From: Podarcis bocagei
Taxonomy: Eukaryota
Length of the DNA stretch: 64,000 nucleotides
Strand: one strand, 5' to 3'
Assembly: GCA_964188305.1 (NCBI GenBank)
Contig: OZ076904.1
The first letter of the stretch is position 1; each line of letters opens with the position of its first letter. The notes under the pieces were generated by a model that saw nothing but the letters and a program-made list of their open reading frames with translations, was not told the DNA's origin and did no database searches. Shown one piece after another: positions 43,401 through 55,815 of the stretch. The position numbers and the translations under genes were made by a program.

Positions 43401-46400
43401 ACACTGAAACGCTTCATCCAAAGAATCCACAAGATTGGACGGTGATTTATAGTTGTCACCTTTGCTGCTCCTTATTCCGGTCTGAATTGCAAAGGACAGA
43501 GAACCATGGAGGTACTGGAAGTCATTTGTAGGGATGTAATAGCCAGTTCCGACTTCTAGCAAAGCTGTTGTGATCCAGACTTTTGCCCCTATTTCCTTCT
43601 CATAGACTATGTTTATTGCCAGGAGTAGCATGATGCCCATTGCATTGGTTACATAGTAAAAAAATACCCCAACTTGTCTCCATAGGAAAAAAGGTTCCCC
43701 AGGCCTGATAAATTGATTTAGATCATTTTCTGGTACTCTTTTTGATAAAGCAATGCAGATCCCTTTGCTGAGCAGCAGAGGTTTCACAGCGCTCTCAAAT
43801 CTTTCTCCACTGTCATTGTCTGGAGTGCAGAGGCCAATCCACGTCCATCCAAAATACAGGAGCAATTCAACAATCCCCTGGTACTGACTTTCCTCTTTGG
43901 GACTCATTCGGTAGACAAAAGGGAACAGGGTTTTACCTTCGAGAACCTGGGCAGTGAAGCCATAACTGATCTAGCAAGGGAAGCAAAAGATCAGCAATTT
44001 ATTTTACTTTCATCATAACGGGTATTTAAACATATGAAATGACTGATATCTAAATCTCTGCTGGCTGAGCCTGATGGGAGTTTTAGTCTGAAACATCTGG
44101 AGGTGACAAGTTGGTGAAGGCTCAGTTTTGAAAAAGGGATGTTGGACCATAGCTCAGGATTTTCCCATTTTTAAAAATATCCCCACTTGACCTCTCCAGA
44201 AAGAAAGTAGAATTTTATGCAGTTGAAATTCTCTATGCTTCCATGCTCTCCCAATACTTACCTGTGGGATTTTGTAGATGTCTGACAAGGCTGAAATCAC
44301 TCTTGAGATGACAGTGTTGCCTCTTTCAAGAACAGCCAGCAGGTGATTCTGTTCTCCACAGTGATAATTGGGAATATTGCATCCACTGCCTGCAAGCAGC
44401 TCTAGCATGGCGTCCGAAGTCATCTTTGCATCTAAATAGTTCTCATAGAGGTTGTAGCCCAGGGTGATGTTGGGTAAGAGCCTGAGATCCTGGTTGATCT
44501 CTTGGATGGTCAGCGGGAAAGACAACATGTACGAATAGAGCCTAGTTGACTCCCTGCAACAAATGAATCCTTTTAAAAGAGTGAAACTGATATTCATATG
44601 ATGGGGGGGGGGGACATTATATGATCCAAAAAGATTAGTATTTATTGATTAATCCTATTGCATTAATATCAAACCATTTACAGTCTAGTATAGAATAAAA
44701 ATAAATAGAATAAAGACATGCTGGCCACATGACCCGGAAGCTGTACGCCGGCTCCCTCGGCCAATAAAGCGAGATGAACGCCGCAACCCCAGAGTCGGCC
44801 ACGACTGGACCTAATGGTCAGGGGTCCCTTTACCTTTACCTATAGAATACAAATTTGCAGATCTCTGCTCCACGACCGGAGCTTTGATGCAAACAGCACA
44901 CAGAGCTGTTCAACAGTGGAACAGACTCCCTCCGAAGGTGACCATGTGTCATGGTCTAAGAGCCTGAGATCCTGGTTGATCTCTTGGATGGTGAACAGGA
45001 AAGACAACATGTACCCGTAGAACATAATTGCCCTCCTGCAATAAATGAATTATTTAAAAAGAGTGAAACTGATATTCATATTAATGGGAGGGAGGAAACA
45101 TTATATGATCCACAAAGATTAATATTTATTTATCATTTTACATTAATATCAAACCTTTTCCTGTCTAGCACAGAACAAAAATTTGGAAATCTCTGCTCCA
45201 TGACCGGAGCTTTGATGCAAACAGCACACAGAGCTGTTCAACAGTGGAACAGACTCCCTCTGAAGGTGACCATGTGTCATGGATGCTTCAGGTGAGATTC
45301 CTCTGGGTTCCTTCCATCTCTACAACTCCATGATTCTATTCTACTGTGGTTCTATGAGTAAGAAATGAAGGGGCCCCTCAAAATGTGTGCTATACTGGGA
45401 AGTTGCTGCAAAGCCTGCTTTTCCTGCATTGGCCTTTGAATTCTTCCAATGGGCTAGACTATAGGTAGATAAGAGACAATTTTATTGAAGGAGGGGAAGC
45501 ACCAAATACCTCAGTCCCCTTTTATTTTATTTTTTTAAAGTAATATTTATTAAAGTTTTACAGACATTAGAAAATTTCAAAGTTTAAACTCAAAAAATAA
45601 AGACAGAGAATAACCCTAATATGATAAAAAGAGAATTACAAAAAACAAAAGCAAGTTATACATCTTTGACAAAATCTTAGTTTTGGGTTCTAACAGTTCT
45701 GTTTCCAACTTTGATTTTTCCACCTGGAAGCCAATTTTTTTGTCCAGATTGTATACTTCTCTTATTTGGTAATAATGAAACCAATCTCGCACTCTATCTT
45801 TTAGTTTCTCAAAACTCTGCAATTTCAATTTGTCTCCTTCTTGCTCCAAAATCTCCCAATATTTTGGCCATTTGGCCTCCATATCGGGCCTTTTCTGAGC
45901 CTTCGCCTCTATTGGTGACAACCACCTTGGGGTTTTATTTTCAAGTAATTCCTTATACCTTGTCCAAACATTAAACAGTGCTCTCCTGACAATATGGTTT
46001 TTAAATGCTTTATGAGCTTTAACCTTGCCGTACCACAAGTATGCGTGCCACCCAAAAACATTATTAAAACCTTCTAGATCCAGAATGTCAGTGTTCTCAA
46101 GAAGTAGCCAATCTTTCAACCAGCAGAAAGCTGCTGATTCATAGTAGAGTTTAAGGTCTGGCAGGGCAAACCCCCCTCTTTCTTTTACATCAGTTAATAT
46201 TTTAAATTTTATTCTGGGCTTTTTGCCCTGCCAGACAAATCTAGAGATGTCTCTCTGCCACTTCTTGAAACAATCCATCTTGTCTAAAATTTGTAATGAT
46301 TGGAACAAAAATTAACATTCTTGGCAGTACATTCATCCTTATAACCGCAATTCGGCCCAAAAAGGAAAGCTTCAGATTTGACCATATTTCTAAATCCTTT

Positions 46401-47706
46401 TTAACCTCCGTCCAACATTTTTCATAATTGTCTTTAAACAAGTTCCCATTTTTAGCTGTCATGTTTATCCCCAAGTATTACCTCAGTCCCCTTTTAGTTA
46501 CAATTGAGGTCTAGTGGCTTTCAGGTTTGAGTGCGTGGTAAAACCTATAATTTTGCACATGTTTTTCATCAGTGACTCTACCAATGAGGACACACCCTGA
46601 TCTGTGTTATTCCATATAATCATTTTATTTGAAGCATATCATTCCTGCTCTTCACCCATAGAAATACAAGCATTTTCAAGAGTTTCTTAAAACGCTTCTA
46701 ATTTTTTTAAAAAAACAGTGACAGAAAGGGAAAAGTGCTGGGATTGGGGGAGGAAACCTTTAATGTAGCTCAGACAGATTTCCCCATGGTGGGCTGTAGG
46801 CCTCCTGTTCCATCGTGTTACTAGAACTGTGATAAGGTTGGGATAGGAAACAGGTACCTATAGATTCCAAGTGAAGAAACATCAAACATCTCACTACTTA
46901 GAAATGAGGCCAGTTGTTTGTGTGTGAGAAAAAGGAATAATTCCTTTTCACATTTTAGAGACCTGACTCCATGAAAAGGAAGTCTCCTGATTCATATTAT
47001 TTATCATTTCAATTAAAGCACATCTTTCCTGCTCTTCAGCCCCCAAACGTCACCCAGAGGATCTTAAAATTCCATTTGTAAAACTGTAACATGGAATAAT
47101 ATTGAATGAAACCTTTGAGCTTTGGAAATTGCCTGAGTTTCATGGCATCCTGCAGGTGGGGAAATTCAGTGCATCCTTTTGACCCCTGACCAGATTCATT
47201 GGCATCCTTGCATTCTACTAAAAGCAACACAGAATCAAAGGTAGGAGAGTGTTTCACTAAGGAAGACCCAGAGAACATGGAAATAGGAGAGGGTTGGGTG
47301 GAATCTTTTAGCAGACCCCCCCAGCTCCCATCACCCCCAACCAGCAAGCCCAATGGTTAAGGGCAGGGTAGTACAGCAACATCAGCCCTTGGCTCCCCAG
47401 CCCTGAGAAAGGGGCTCTTTCCTTGATAAATAGGAACCACTAGAAGGACTGGAGAACCGTGAAACTGTGAAGTACATACTTTTCAATCCTGGCGAAGGGT
47501 GTCTGAGAAAAGACATATGGAGTTTCCTTATAAAAGCGTTTTGGAGAGATGATCCCACTGATGAGAAAGTGTCCAGGCCGGTAGTAATTGCGAGCATCCG
47601 TTTGATCCCTGACCAGATTCAAGGGACATTTCGCCTTGTGGTTCCCGCAGACTCCAAAGGGCATCATGAGCAGCAGAAGCAGCAACAGAAGGAGTAGGGA
47701 TCTCAT
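39599..47706 (-). CDS. V2R-D: vomeronasal type-2 receptor, 860 aa (exons 47480-47706, 44262-44553, 43161-43970, 41747-41974, 40770-40896, 39599-40497)
   Basis: 2583 nt, frame-consistent and GT-AG; a competing truncated exon-2 copy lies at 44957-45035. Confidence 0.85.
40770..40896 (-). CDS. V2R-D exon 5
   Basis: 127 nt, Cys-rich. Confidence 0.92.
40970..41325 (+). mobile_element. Sauria SINE, full length
   Basis: gggacgcgg..ggcgct..gggttaaacc head, ttacctttacct tail. Confidence 0.88.
41747..41974 (-). CDS. V2R-D exon 4
   Basis: 228 nt. Confidence 0.92.
42809..42976 (+). mobile_element. Sauria SINE with internal deletion
   Basis: Head joined to 3' part; 12-bp TSD TATAAGCAGTAA. Confidence 0.82.
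43161..43970 (-). CDS. V2R-D exon 3
   Basis: 810 nt. Confidence 0.94.
44262..44553 (-). CDS. V2R-D exon 2
   Basis: 292 nt. Confidence 0.9.
44716..44840 (+). mobile_element. 5'-truncated Sauria SINE
   Basis: SINE 3' half with tail; TATAGAATA on both flanks. Confidence 0.8.
44957..45035 (-). pseudogene. Truncated second V2R exon 2 (acceptor plus first ~79 nt)
   Basis: tgcag then [26 protein letters not shown], which switches to intron-1 sequence. Confidence 0.85.
45525..46478 (-). mobile_element. Young 5'-truncated, internally deleted L1 insertion in V2R-D intron 1
   Basis: 18-bp TSD TACCTCAGTCCCCTTTTA; ORF2 post-RT motifs ([25 protein letters not shown]); A-rich tail. Confidence 0.88.
47480..47706 (-). 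CDS. V2R-D exon 1
   Basis: 227 nt, signal peptide. Confidence 0.86.
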
Positions 47707-48278
47707 TCTGGCTCTGCCTCCTCCTCCTCTTACCTGCCAATGAGGCAAAACAGAAGAACCCAAAGACTCTTGCAAGGCCAGACTGCCTGGGCTTTCCCAA
47801 TCTGGGTGGTTTTCAACTCTACCTTTGGAGCTAGGAAGCCCAAGGCAGGCACACCCCTCTTTCGCCAGCTCTGCATCTTGACTCAGTCTGTCTCCAACAC
47901 AGGAAATAATCTCTGCACTAACTTTTTCTTTCCCAGTCACAGCACAATTAATATATTCATGCTACTTTCTGAGGCTGATGTAACCTCCAGAAATATCTCC
48001 TGAGCATTTAGAAGATGAGATCACTATAATTTTGATTATTCCAAGTGGAATAAGTTTCATCACAATAACTTTCCGAAGTCTTGAATGGCTCAGGCAGCAG
48101 GTGCAGAGCTGGAGAAAAACATGATGATGAAAAGTCAAAAGGTGTTTTGGGGAAATAGAAGTTTGGCCTGAACTTTGCTCCCAAGGACCAACGAAGAGCC
48201 CTGCATCTGGATCCGACCATGGAATCTCCTTCCTTGGAGGTTTTTAAGTTTGGATGGCTAGCTGTTAGGGATGCTTTA

Positions 48279-48530
48279 GAGAGCCAGTGTGGTGTAGTGG
48301 TTAAGAGCCGTGGACTCGTAATCTGGGGAACCGGGTTTGCTTCCCCACTCCTCCACCTGCAGCTGCTGGGTGACCTTGGGCCAGTCACACTTCTCTGAAG
48401 TCTCTCAGCCCCACTCACCTCACAGAGTGTTTGTTGTGGGGGAGGAAGGGAAAGGAGATTGTTAGCCGCTTTGAGACTCCTTAGGGTAGTGATAAAGCGG
48501 GATATGAAATCCAAACTCTTCTTCTTCTTC
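48279..48530 (+). mobile_element. tRNA-derived CORE-type SINE (Squam3-like) with (TTC)n tail
   Basis: A box tggtgtagtgg, B-box-like gggtttgcttcccc, core ggtgaccttgggccagtcac, L2-like 3' end. Confidence 0.75.
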
Positions 48531-50101
48531 TAGTAGGCCACTTTGGGTGGATTTGATTCCTGCCAATCCCTTCTGGTTCTCCCCCTGAAGGGAAGTAGCG
48601 TGTTGGTGGTTTTGAAGCAACTTCAAGTGAATTTCCACCCCATCTTTGAAAGGCTTCTCCAACAGAGGGAAGCTCTCTGGGGTTGGTTGAGGGGAGAAAT
48701 GTTGCTCTGAGCCTTAGGCTCTCCCTTCCCCTTCGACATGTTCTGGGGAAGGAGAGCTTCTGCTGCACATGGAACCAACTTGCTCCCCGTCTTTGAGCAG
48801 AAACTGCTCTACTCATAAACAAATTGTGTGCGCAGAAGCCAGGCTAGCATTCTAGCAGCTTTGTTATTCTTTATCAATTTATTTATTAATATTTATTTAC
48901 TTTCTTACTTAATTATTTAATCTTTCATAAATTCCATGCACTATTTTGGCCAATCACCCCTAGAGCGCTTTACGTCAAGATAAGTCAGGATGATCATAAC
49001 AAAGTTTACAGTCTTACTTTAGAACATTCCAAAAATTAAAATAATAAAACAGAATCAAATTACCTCAACTTCCTAAGAATCTGGGTGGATGCTGTCTTTA
49101 TTACATTAAAAAAAGTTTAAAAATTATTAAGTCTCCACAGATATTCCAATCACTTGTCTTCGTATACAGTTTAAAAAACAAACAAAAACCCCCACATAAT
49201 TTCTTCTTGACTCTCCACCCTCCCTTCTCTATGTTTGTTTTTGTTACTTCTTTTTATCAGATGTTTTAAAAAACATGTTTTTATTATCAAAGCCCCAATG
49301 TCGTATTTCAGCAATGCGCTGCTTATATGTCAAATCCTGCCTTTGACTTCATGTATGGGTGATAGTTTAACAAATAAGATATCAATGGTCTCCATTCTTC
49401 CTGAAAAGATTCATCCTCATGTCCTCTTAGTTTAGCAGGTAATTTCACCATTTCAGCATATTCCCCCAGTTTCATAAGCCAATCCTCCCTCTTTCCACTT
49501 CTGTGCATATAAAGTTCTAGCTGCTGTGGTTGCATACATACATAAACTAGTCAGCTTTCTCGGGACCTTTAATTATTAAATTTATATAGGAGCCTTCATT
49601 GGATTGCTACAGGTTGAACTGCTATAAGAATAAGTGTTTAGTAAACTTTCTACTAGTCTGGAGAGATGAAAGTCTAAGTAGGATGCAATCTTAGCTAATG
49701 AATCTAAATGCTTTACCAGTGGCTGTTCTGTCAATTATTTTCACTTCCCATCTGATCTTGGTTTTGCTCCATAAATGGGGGCCTCAATGGGAGGAACCAG
49801 AGTTGGAGGAGGAGGCCTCTCGCTCTTCCTTCCTGACTGAGCATAAGATGCCTCCTCTTAAAAGGTTTGGCAAGCAGGGAATCCAACTATTTGGCATGGT
49901 CTCATTTCTTCCCTCCAATGCTGAAATTGTTGCTTGCTCACTCTTCATCTGGTGATCCACTCAACATCAGTGCACAAGGTGTCAGATCCAGGCAATGGAA
50001 TCTGAAATGTGATTTCCCCAAATTTCAGAATTCGAATAATCTCTCAACCACAAATTAAGACCAATTTAATACGAATTGGTTCCCTTCCCTCTGTTATGAG
50101 G

Positions 50102-52011
50102 GATGACAGGAGAGGTTAGGAGATTATTGAAGGCCAGAAATTCTGCTTTTAGAACTGGGGGGACCGGGTATTGTATGGCATAGAAAGAGCGAACTTGAAG
50201 AGGGGTATCAGGAAAGCAAAAGCGGAGTACAGAGGAAAAATTGAGGACCACCTGTGAAATCGTGATCCTAGACAAATGTGGCAGGGAGTCCAACATCTGA
50301 CTGGTTATATAAATCAAGGAATTCATCAGTGGTAGAGAGTACTGCTTCCTTGGTGGGAGAGCTGAATACCTTCTTTGCCCGATTTGAGGTGACACCAACA
50401 GTGACTCCAACAGGGATGCCAGAGCTATTGGCATCACTACCTACAGGAAATGCTGCCAGGGTGGAAGAGGGAGAAGTGAGGCGAATATTAAAGGAGGTAA
50501 ACACAAGGAAGGCTATGGGCCTGGATGGGGTGGCTGGCAGGGTGCTAAGAGATTGTTCGGACCAACTGGCAGGAATCTTTACAAAGATTTTTAACCAGTC
50601 TCTGGCCCAAGCCGCCATTCCACCCTGTCTGAAATCCGCTACCATTATACCCCTGCCAAAAACATCAAAGATAGACAGTCTGAATGATTTTCGCCCTGTG
50701 GCGTTGACACCCATTATAATGAAATGTTTCGAAAAACTGGTGAGGAAGCGCATCTTATCTTGTCTGCCAGTGGGACCTGACCCTTACCAGTTTGCGTACA
50801 AGGCAAAGAGATCCACAGAGGATGCTGTGGCAATGGCTTTACATGCTGTCCTGACTCATTTGGAGAAGCAAGGGAACAATGCGAGACTGTTATTTGTAGA
50901 CTTTAGTTCTGCATTTAATACTATTCTTCCGCATAGATTGGTGCCCAAATTATTAGACCTGGGACTTCCACCATGTTTGTGCAGGTGGATATTAGACTTT
51001 CTATCAAACCGTTCCCAAAGGGTCAGGTTGGGTTCCCACGTCTCTGCAGATCTCATCACAAATACGGGGACATCGCAGGGGTACGTGTTGAGCCCGCTTT
51101 TATATACGCTCTATACAGCTGACTGTGCCCCCAAATACCCCAGTAATAAGATCATTAAGTTCGCAGATGATACAACGGTGGTTGGTTTAATTACTGCTGG
51201 AGAGGGGGAGGCGGCCTATAGGAAGGAAGTCGAGCAGTTGGGGGAGTGGTGCAGGAAAAACAACTTACTCCTTAACTTAAAGAAAACAAAAGAGATCATT
51301 GTGGACTTTAGGAAACGTAAATTGAATATTCAGCCACTTATTATTGAGGGGAAGTGCGTGGAACAGGTTTCGGTGTTTCGATTTCTGGGAATGGAGTTGA
51401 GAGACGACCTAACCTGGGGAGAGAACAGCAAAGACCTGGTGAAGAGAGCACAGTAGAGGTTATATTTTCTGAGAATTCTCCGGAAAAACAATCTCTCAAA
51501 GGACCTGTTGATGGCATTTTACCATTGCACTGTGGAGAGCGTACTAACTTATGGTCTGTGCGTGTGGTTTGGGAGCTGCACAGCCAGGGAAAAAACAATG
51601 CTATCCAGGGTCGTAAAGACTGCAGAGAGAATTATTGGGTGCACTCTTCCCACCTTAGATGGGAAGTGGCAGAGATAGCACATGACAGTACGCGGCAGAG
51701 ATAGCACATGACAGTACGCACCCCGGAAATGATCTCTTTCAGCTTCTCCCTTCTGGAAGAAGGTATAGGGTTACAAAGGCCAGGACTAGCCGTCTGGGAA
51801 ACAGTTTCTACGCTAATGCAATTCTGGCTCTAAACGCAGCATAAGGGGTCTCTGTAGTATAGTGTATTTTAAAATGGGGTTTTAGAGTTTTTAGGGGTTT
51901 TTGAATGTTTTATGTAGTTTTATGTAGTTTTGTGGTAGTTTTATATAGTTTTATGTAGTTTTTCAATTTCATTGTTCCGCAAGGGACAATGACAATAAAG
52001 ATATCGTAATC
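50102..52011 (+). mobile_element. Rex1/Babar-type LINE, 5'-truncated; RT ORF 50278-51456 ended by a premature TAG
   Basis: LNDFRPVALTPIIMKCFEKLV, LLFVDFSSAFNTI, KFADDTTVVGLI; 3' ttcattgt..acaatgacaataaag end; possible 9-bp TSD GTTA(T/A)GAGG. Confidence 0.85.
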
Positions 52012-52277
52012 GTTAAGAGGCATGCAAGGTTTCTTCTTACCGCTGATTTATTTTCCTAGTTATTTCTAATTCACATGCCGTTACTTTCCGTTAACCTTAT
52101 ATTACAATAGGGTTGTTGTTGTTGTTTTTTTTTAAAAAAAGCTTATCATCCTTAACAATCAGCTGTCAACTTGTCAATTCCTGCACATACATTATTTTAC
52201 CATTTGCAACATCTACAAGTGAGCTTACTCCACAAATTTAAAAAAAAATCCACAATAAATCAGTAATTATCATTTCT

Positions 52278-52955
52278 TTTTCTTTTTTTCCTTTTTTTTG
52301 CATCTTACTGGTTTTTTTGTGTTTTTAAAAAAAATATTTTATTAAGGATTTTCTTGTTTTACAGAAGTAAGTGTAATGCCTTGTATTTTTTTCCCCATGT
52401 AACATTTTTACAAATCCGTTTCATTTGTTGAGGCATTAGGGGGAGAAGAAAAAAATGAAAAAAGAAAGGGGGGTGGAGAGAGGGAAGATGGATGGGGGTG
52501 GGGTCGGGTGGCGGTGTTTCTATTATGTTTAATGTATGTAGAGTTTGGTGTCAGCGTTGCTTGTGTTGTTCACTTGTGTTCCTTTGGTGGTGAGAGAGGT
52601 TGGGGTTGGCCTAGGGTGTGATTGGCTGTGGTGGTCTTTGTTTTCGTGTGTGAGTGCGGTGGGTGGGTGTTTTGGATCAGGTTAGCCATACTGATTTGTA
52701 TGCTGTTGGTGGATTATTGTCATTGTCCTGTTGGGCTGTGTATGTGATAAAGGGGAGCCATACCGGGGTGAAGGCGTCTTCTTCTGTTTGTCCCCGTGTC
52801 AGTTTCAGTTTATTAGTTAATTTTTCTAGTAGGGCTGTTTCCCATACTATTTGGTACCATTGGTCCATGCTTACTCCTGACAGGTCTCTCCAGTGTCTGG
52901 TTATGGTGTTTCTGGCTGCTGAAAGTAGGCTGGTTATGAGTTCTTTGTGGTGTAA
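52278..52955 (-). mobile_element. L1-clade 3' fragment
   Basis: ORF2 C-terminus (LLSAARNTITRHWRD...VWLPFITY), 3'UTR and A-tail interrupting intron-4 homology. Confidence 0.75.
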
Positions 52956-53829
52956 ATTTCTAAAATAAATTACTTTCCATCCTTCTGCATGAATGAAAGC
53001 CCAATAGTTCATTTTTACTAGGCGTTTCCCCTTTTCTTCTTAATTGCATAGTCCATTCAATCAAAGATTTTAAAAATCTCAGTCTGGCTCGGAAATAGAT
53101 GGTGTCTTCTCTGAGGACCTCTGGGCTCTATCCTTTCTTTGAGCACCCCAAATCCCCCTCCTATCTCAGCTGCTGTGGAAAGAAGGAGTGGTGGTTGCAG
53201 CTGTTATTGATGGTCAAGACACCATTGGTCAACCTGATATGGTCATTTTTCAGCGGTTGTTTAAGGAAAAACATAATAAGGATCTCCTCGCCTTCTCCCT
53301 CTGTGATTTCCCCTACCTTGTTGAATTTCTTGTTCCACTCAATGGCTTCTGGGTTAATGGTGAACTTTATGCTAGCAGATGCCCCTCTCCTTATATCCCC
53401 AATTTTCACAAGGACATGAGACTTATTGGGAGACATCACCCAGTTCCCAATATCGAAGTCCGTTGGCAGCTCCCAGTTCTCATCCAAGCACAGCCTGCCC
53501 CTGGAAGTATTCAGACACCGGGTTTCTCATAAGAAAGGGTGAAGCTGGAATGGCAGGGGAAAGCACCAGCATTAAGAAACCATGAAGCTAAGATGTCCTA
53601 CTCATTTTGTCCTCTTATGATTTGGGGCCTGCGTGTATCTCATGTAGACTAGAATTCCTATTCAGGCTTTTTTTGTAATATATTAAAGCATTTATATAGA
53701 GTGCATATAAAATAACAAGGAGCTTTACAGATTAAGTTTAATACAAAAGACAAGTTAATACATTCTTAAAATCCACAAAAGCCATAGATACTCAAAATGT
53801 CCTAAAAGTCAGTGTTCATGAATGTGCTT

Positions 53830-55815
53830 GCGAACAATCAAATTGAAACTAGCAGAGAGAGCACAATTTCCGCAGGAGTTCCCTTTAGCTCTAGTGAAGT
53901 TTATCCCACAACACAGGGGTCATTGCAGAGAAGGCCTTCACAGACCCTGCAATCCTCACCTGAGGCCCTTTTTGGAGTGGCACCTCTATGAAAGATCTGG
54001 AGGGTGGCAGATAGAGAATTCACCTTTTTTTCAGAACCAAAGCCATCTGTTGGACGAAGTGACTCAATATGGATATCCAGTGAATTATCATTAAGAACAA
54101 CAACAAAAAGTAGAGATGTGACCAAGGACACTTTCGGATCATAACCAATTACTACTTGAATTAAAAGATGAAAAAACACATCATTCAGGTGGAGATGAAA
54201 CGATGGACTTCTTGCTAACCAAACAATTTTACTTAAAGCTGAAAAAGCTTTGAAAGATTATTTTGAGTTCAACTTAAATCAAGGACTGGATCTGAAGGTT
54301 GTCTGGGACTCAAGTAAGGCAGTAATGTGGGCTTTTTCATTCAAGAAAATGCTTTCTAAAAGAAGATGAGAGAACAAAAAAATCCCAGACCTGCTGGAAG
54401 AGCTGATTGAAAATGAAAATATTTGATGCTGTTAAATCAAGAAACTGAATGGAAGATTAAAATGTTATGGCAGAATTTTTTTTGAATTTGCCAACCAGCC
54501 AGGCAAACTGCTGGCATGGCAGCTAAAGAAGAAGCAGACCATGAACTTAATAAAAAAACTAAATATAGAAGGAAAAATAACCCAAATGATACAAGAAAGC
54601 AATATGTAAGGTATTATTAAGAACTGTATCAAGTCAGTAAAGAGAACATAAATAATATTGAAGAATATTTAAAGCAGAATAACCTCCCAAAAATTGTAAA
54701 AGAGAAACTCAATTCATTAAATGCATCTGACACCATGATGGAGCTACAACAGGCAATTATTCAAAATGGGAAAAACCCCAGGACCAAATGGGCTATCAGC
54801 AAAGTACTAAAGAAACTACAAGATTATCTGGCACAACCACTAAAAGATGTAATGAACGAAATATTAAATATAGGGAAAGTGCCAGATGCTTGGAAAGATG
54901 CTTACATTATAGGGATTCTGAAACAAAATACGTATCTATTATCAGTCAAAAAATTTAGGCCCATCTCTCTATTAAATAATGGCAATAAACTGTTTGCAGA
55001 CATATTGGCAAACCACATTAATTCCACAGCGGAATTAACGCAATTTATTCTGATAATAAATAATGTAATAACAGAAAAATGCAAAATAATGAAAGGGACA
55101 AGACAGGGATGTCCCCTGTCACCATTATTGTTGACTTTAGTTTTAGAGACCCTGGCCAGAAGTATAAGATCAGATGAAGAAATAAAAGGAAAAACAGTAG
55201 GTTACAAAGCATATAACCTTAAGGCATTTATACACCGCCCATCTGGTATAACCTTGTGGTAACTGTAGAAGACCCTGTGGCTAGCAGGGTCTTGGAACAG
55301 ATTCTAAAGTTTGGAGAAGTAGCAGGCTTTAAACTAAATAAAAGTAAAAACAGCTAAGAATATAAATATTTTTAAGGATAACTATAGAAGAGCTAGGAGA
55401 GAAATAAAGAAAAACTTAGAAGTGTGTGGAAGAATGAATTTAGCGCAATTGGGAAGGGTATCATTAACTAAAATGAATGTATTGTCAAGAATGCTATTTC
55501 AAACAATACCCTTGATCAGCAATCCAGGACACTTCAAAGAGTGGCAGAAAGATATTACAAAATTTATCTGGCAGGGGAAGAAGCCAAGAATAAAATATAA
55601 TTTGTTGATAGATTCTAAAGACAAAAGCAGATTCTCCCTACCAGATTTAAGACTATATTATGAGGCATCCTGTTTATGCTGGCTAAGGGAAGGGATGTTA
55701 TTTTAAAAAACCCTGATGTTTTAGAAGGTCATGACAATAGATATGGTTGGCATGCATGTTGGTGGTATGAGAAGGTTAAAGTACATAGAGCTTTCTTAAA
55801 TCATGTTGTAAGAAT
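53830..55815 (+). mobile_element. Degraded L1 (endonuclease to post-RT), longer version of the intron-3 L1
   Basis: FRPISLLN, GTRQGCPLSPLL, KMNVLSRMLFQTIP motifs with many disruptions. Confidence 0.85.

Noticed and set aside
48279-48360. Possible tRNA gene
   Set aside because: tRNA-derived SINE head continuing into SINE core and tail; no complete cloverleaf.
50278-51456. Domesticated or novel reverse transcriptase gene
   Set aside because: Ordinary 5'-truncated LINE copy with a premature stop, upstream disruptions and an intact retroelement 3' end.
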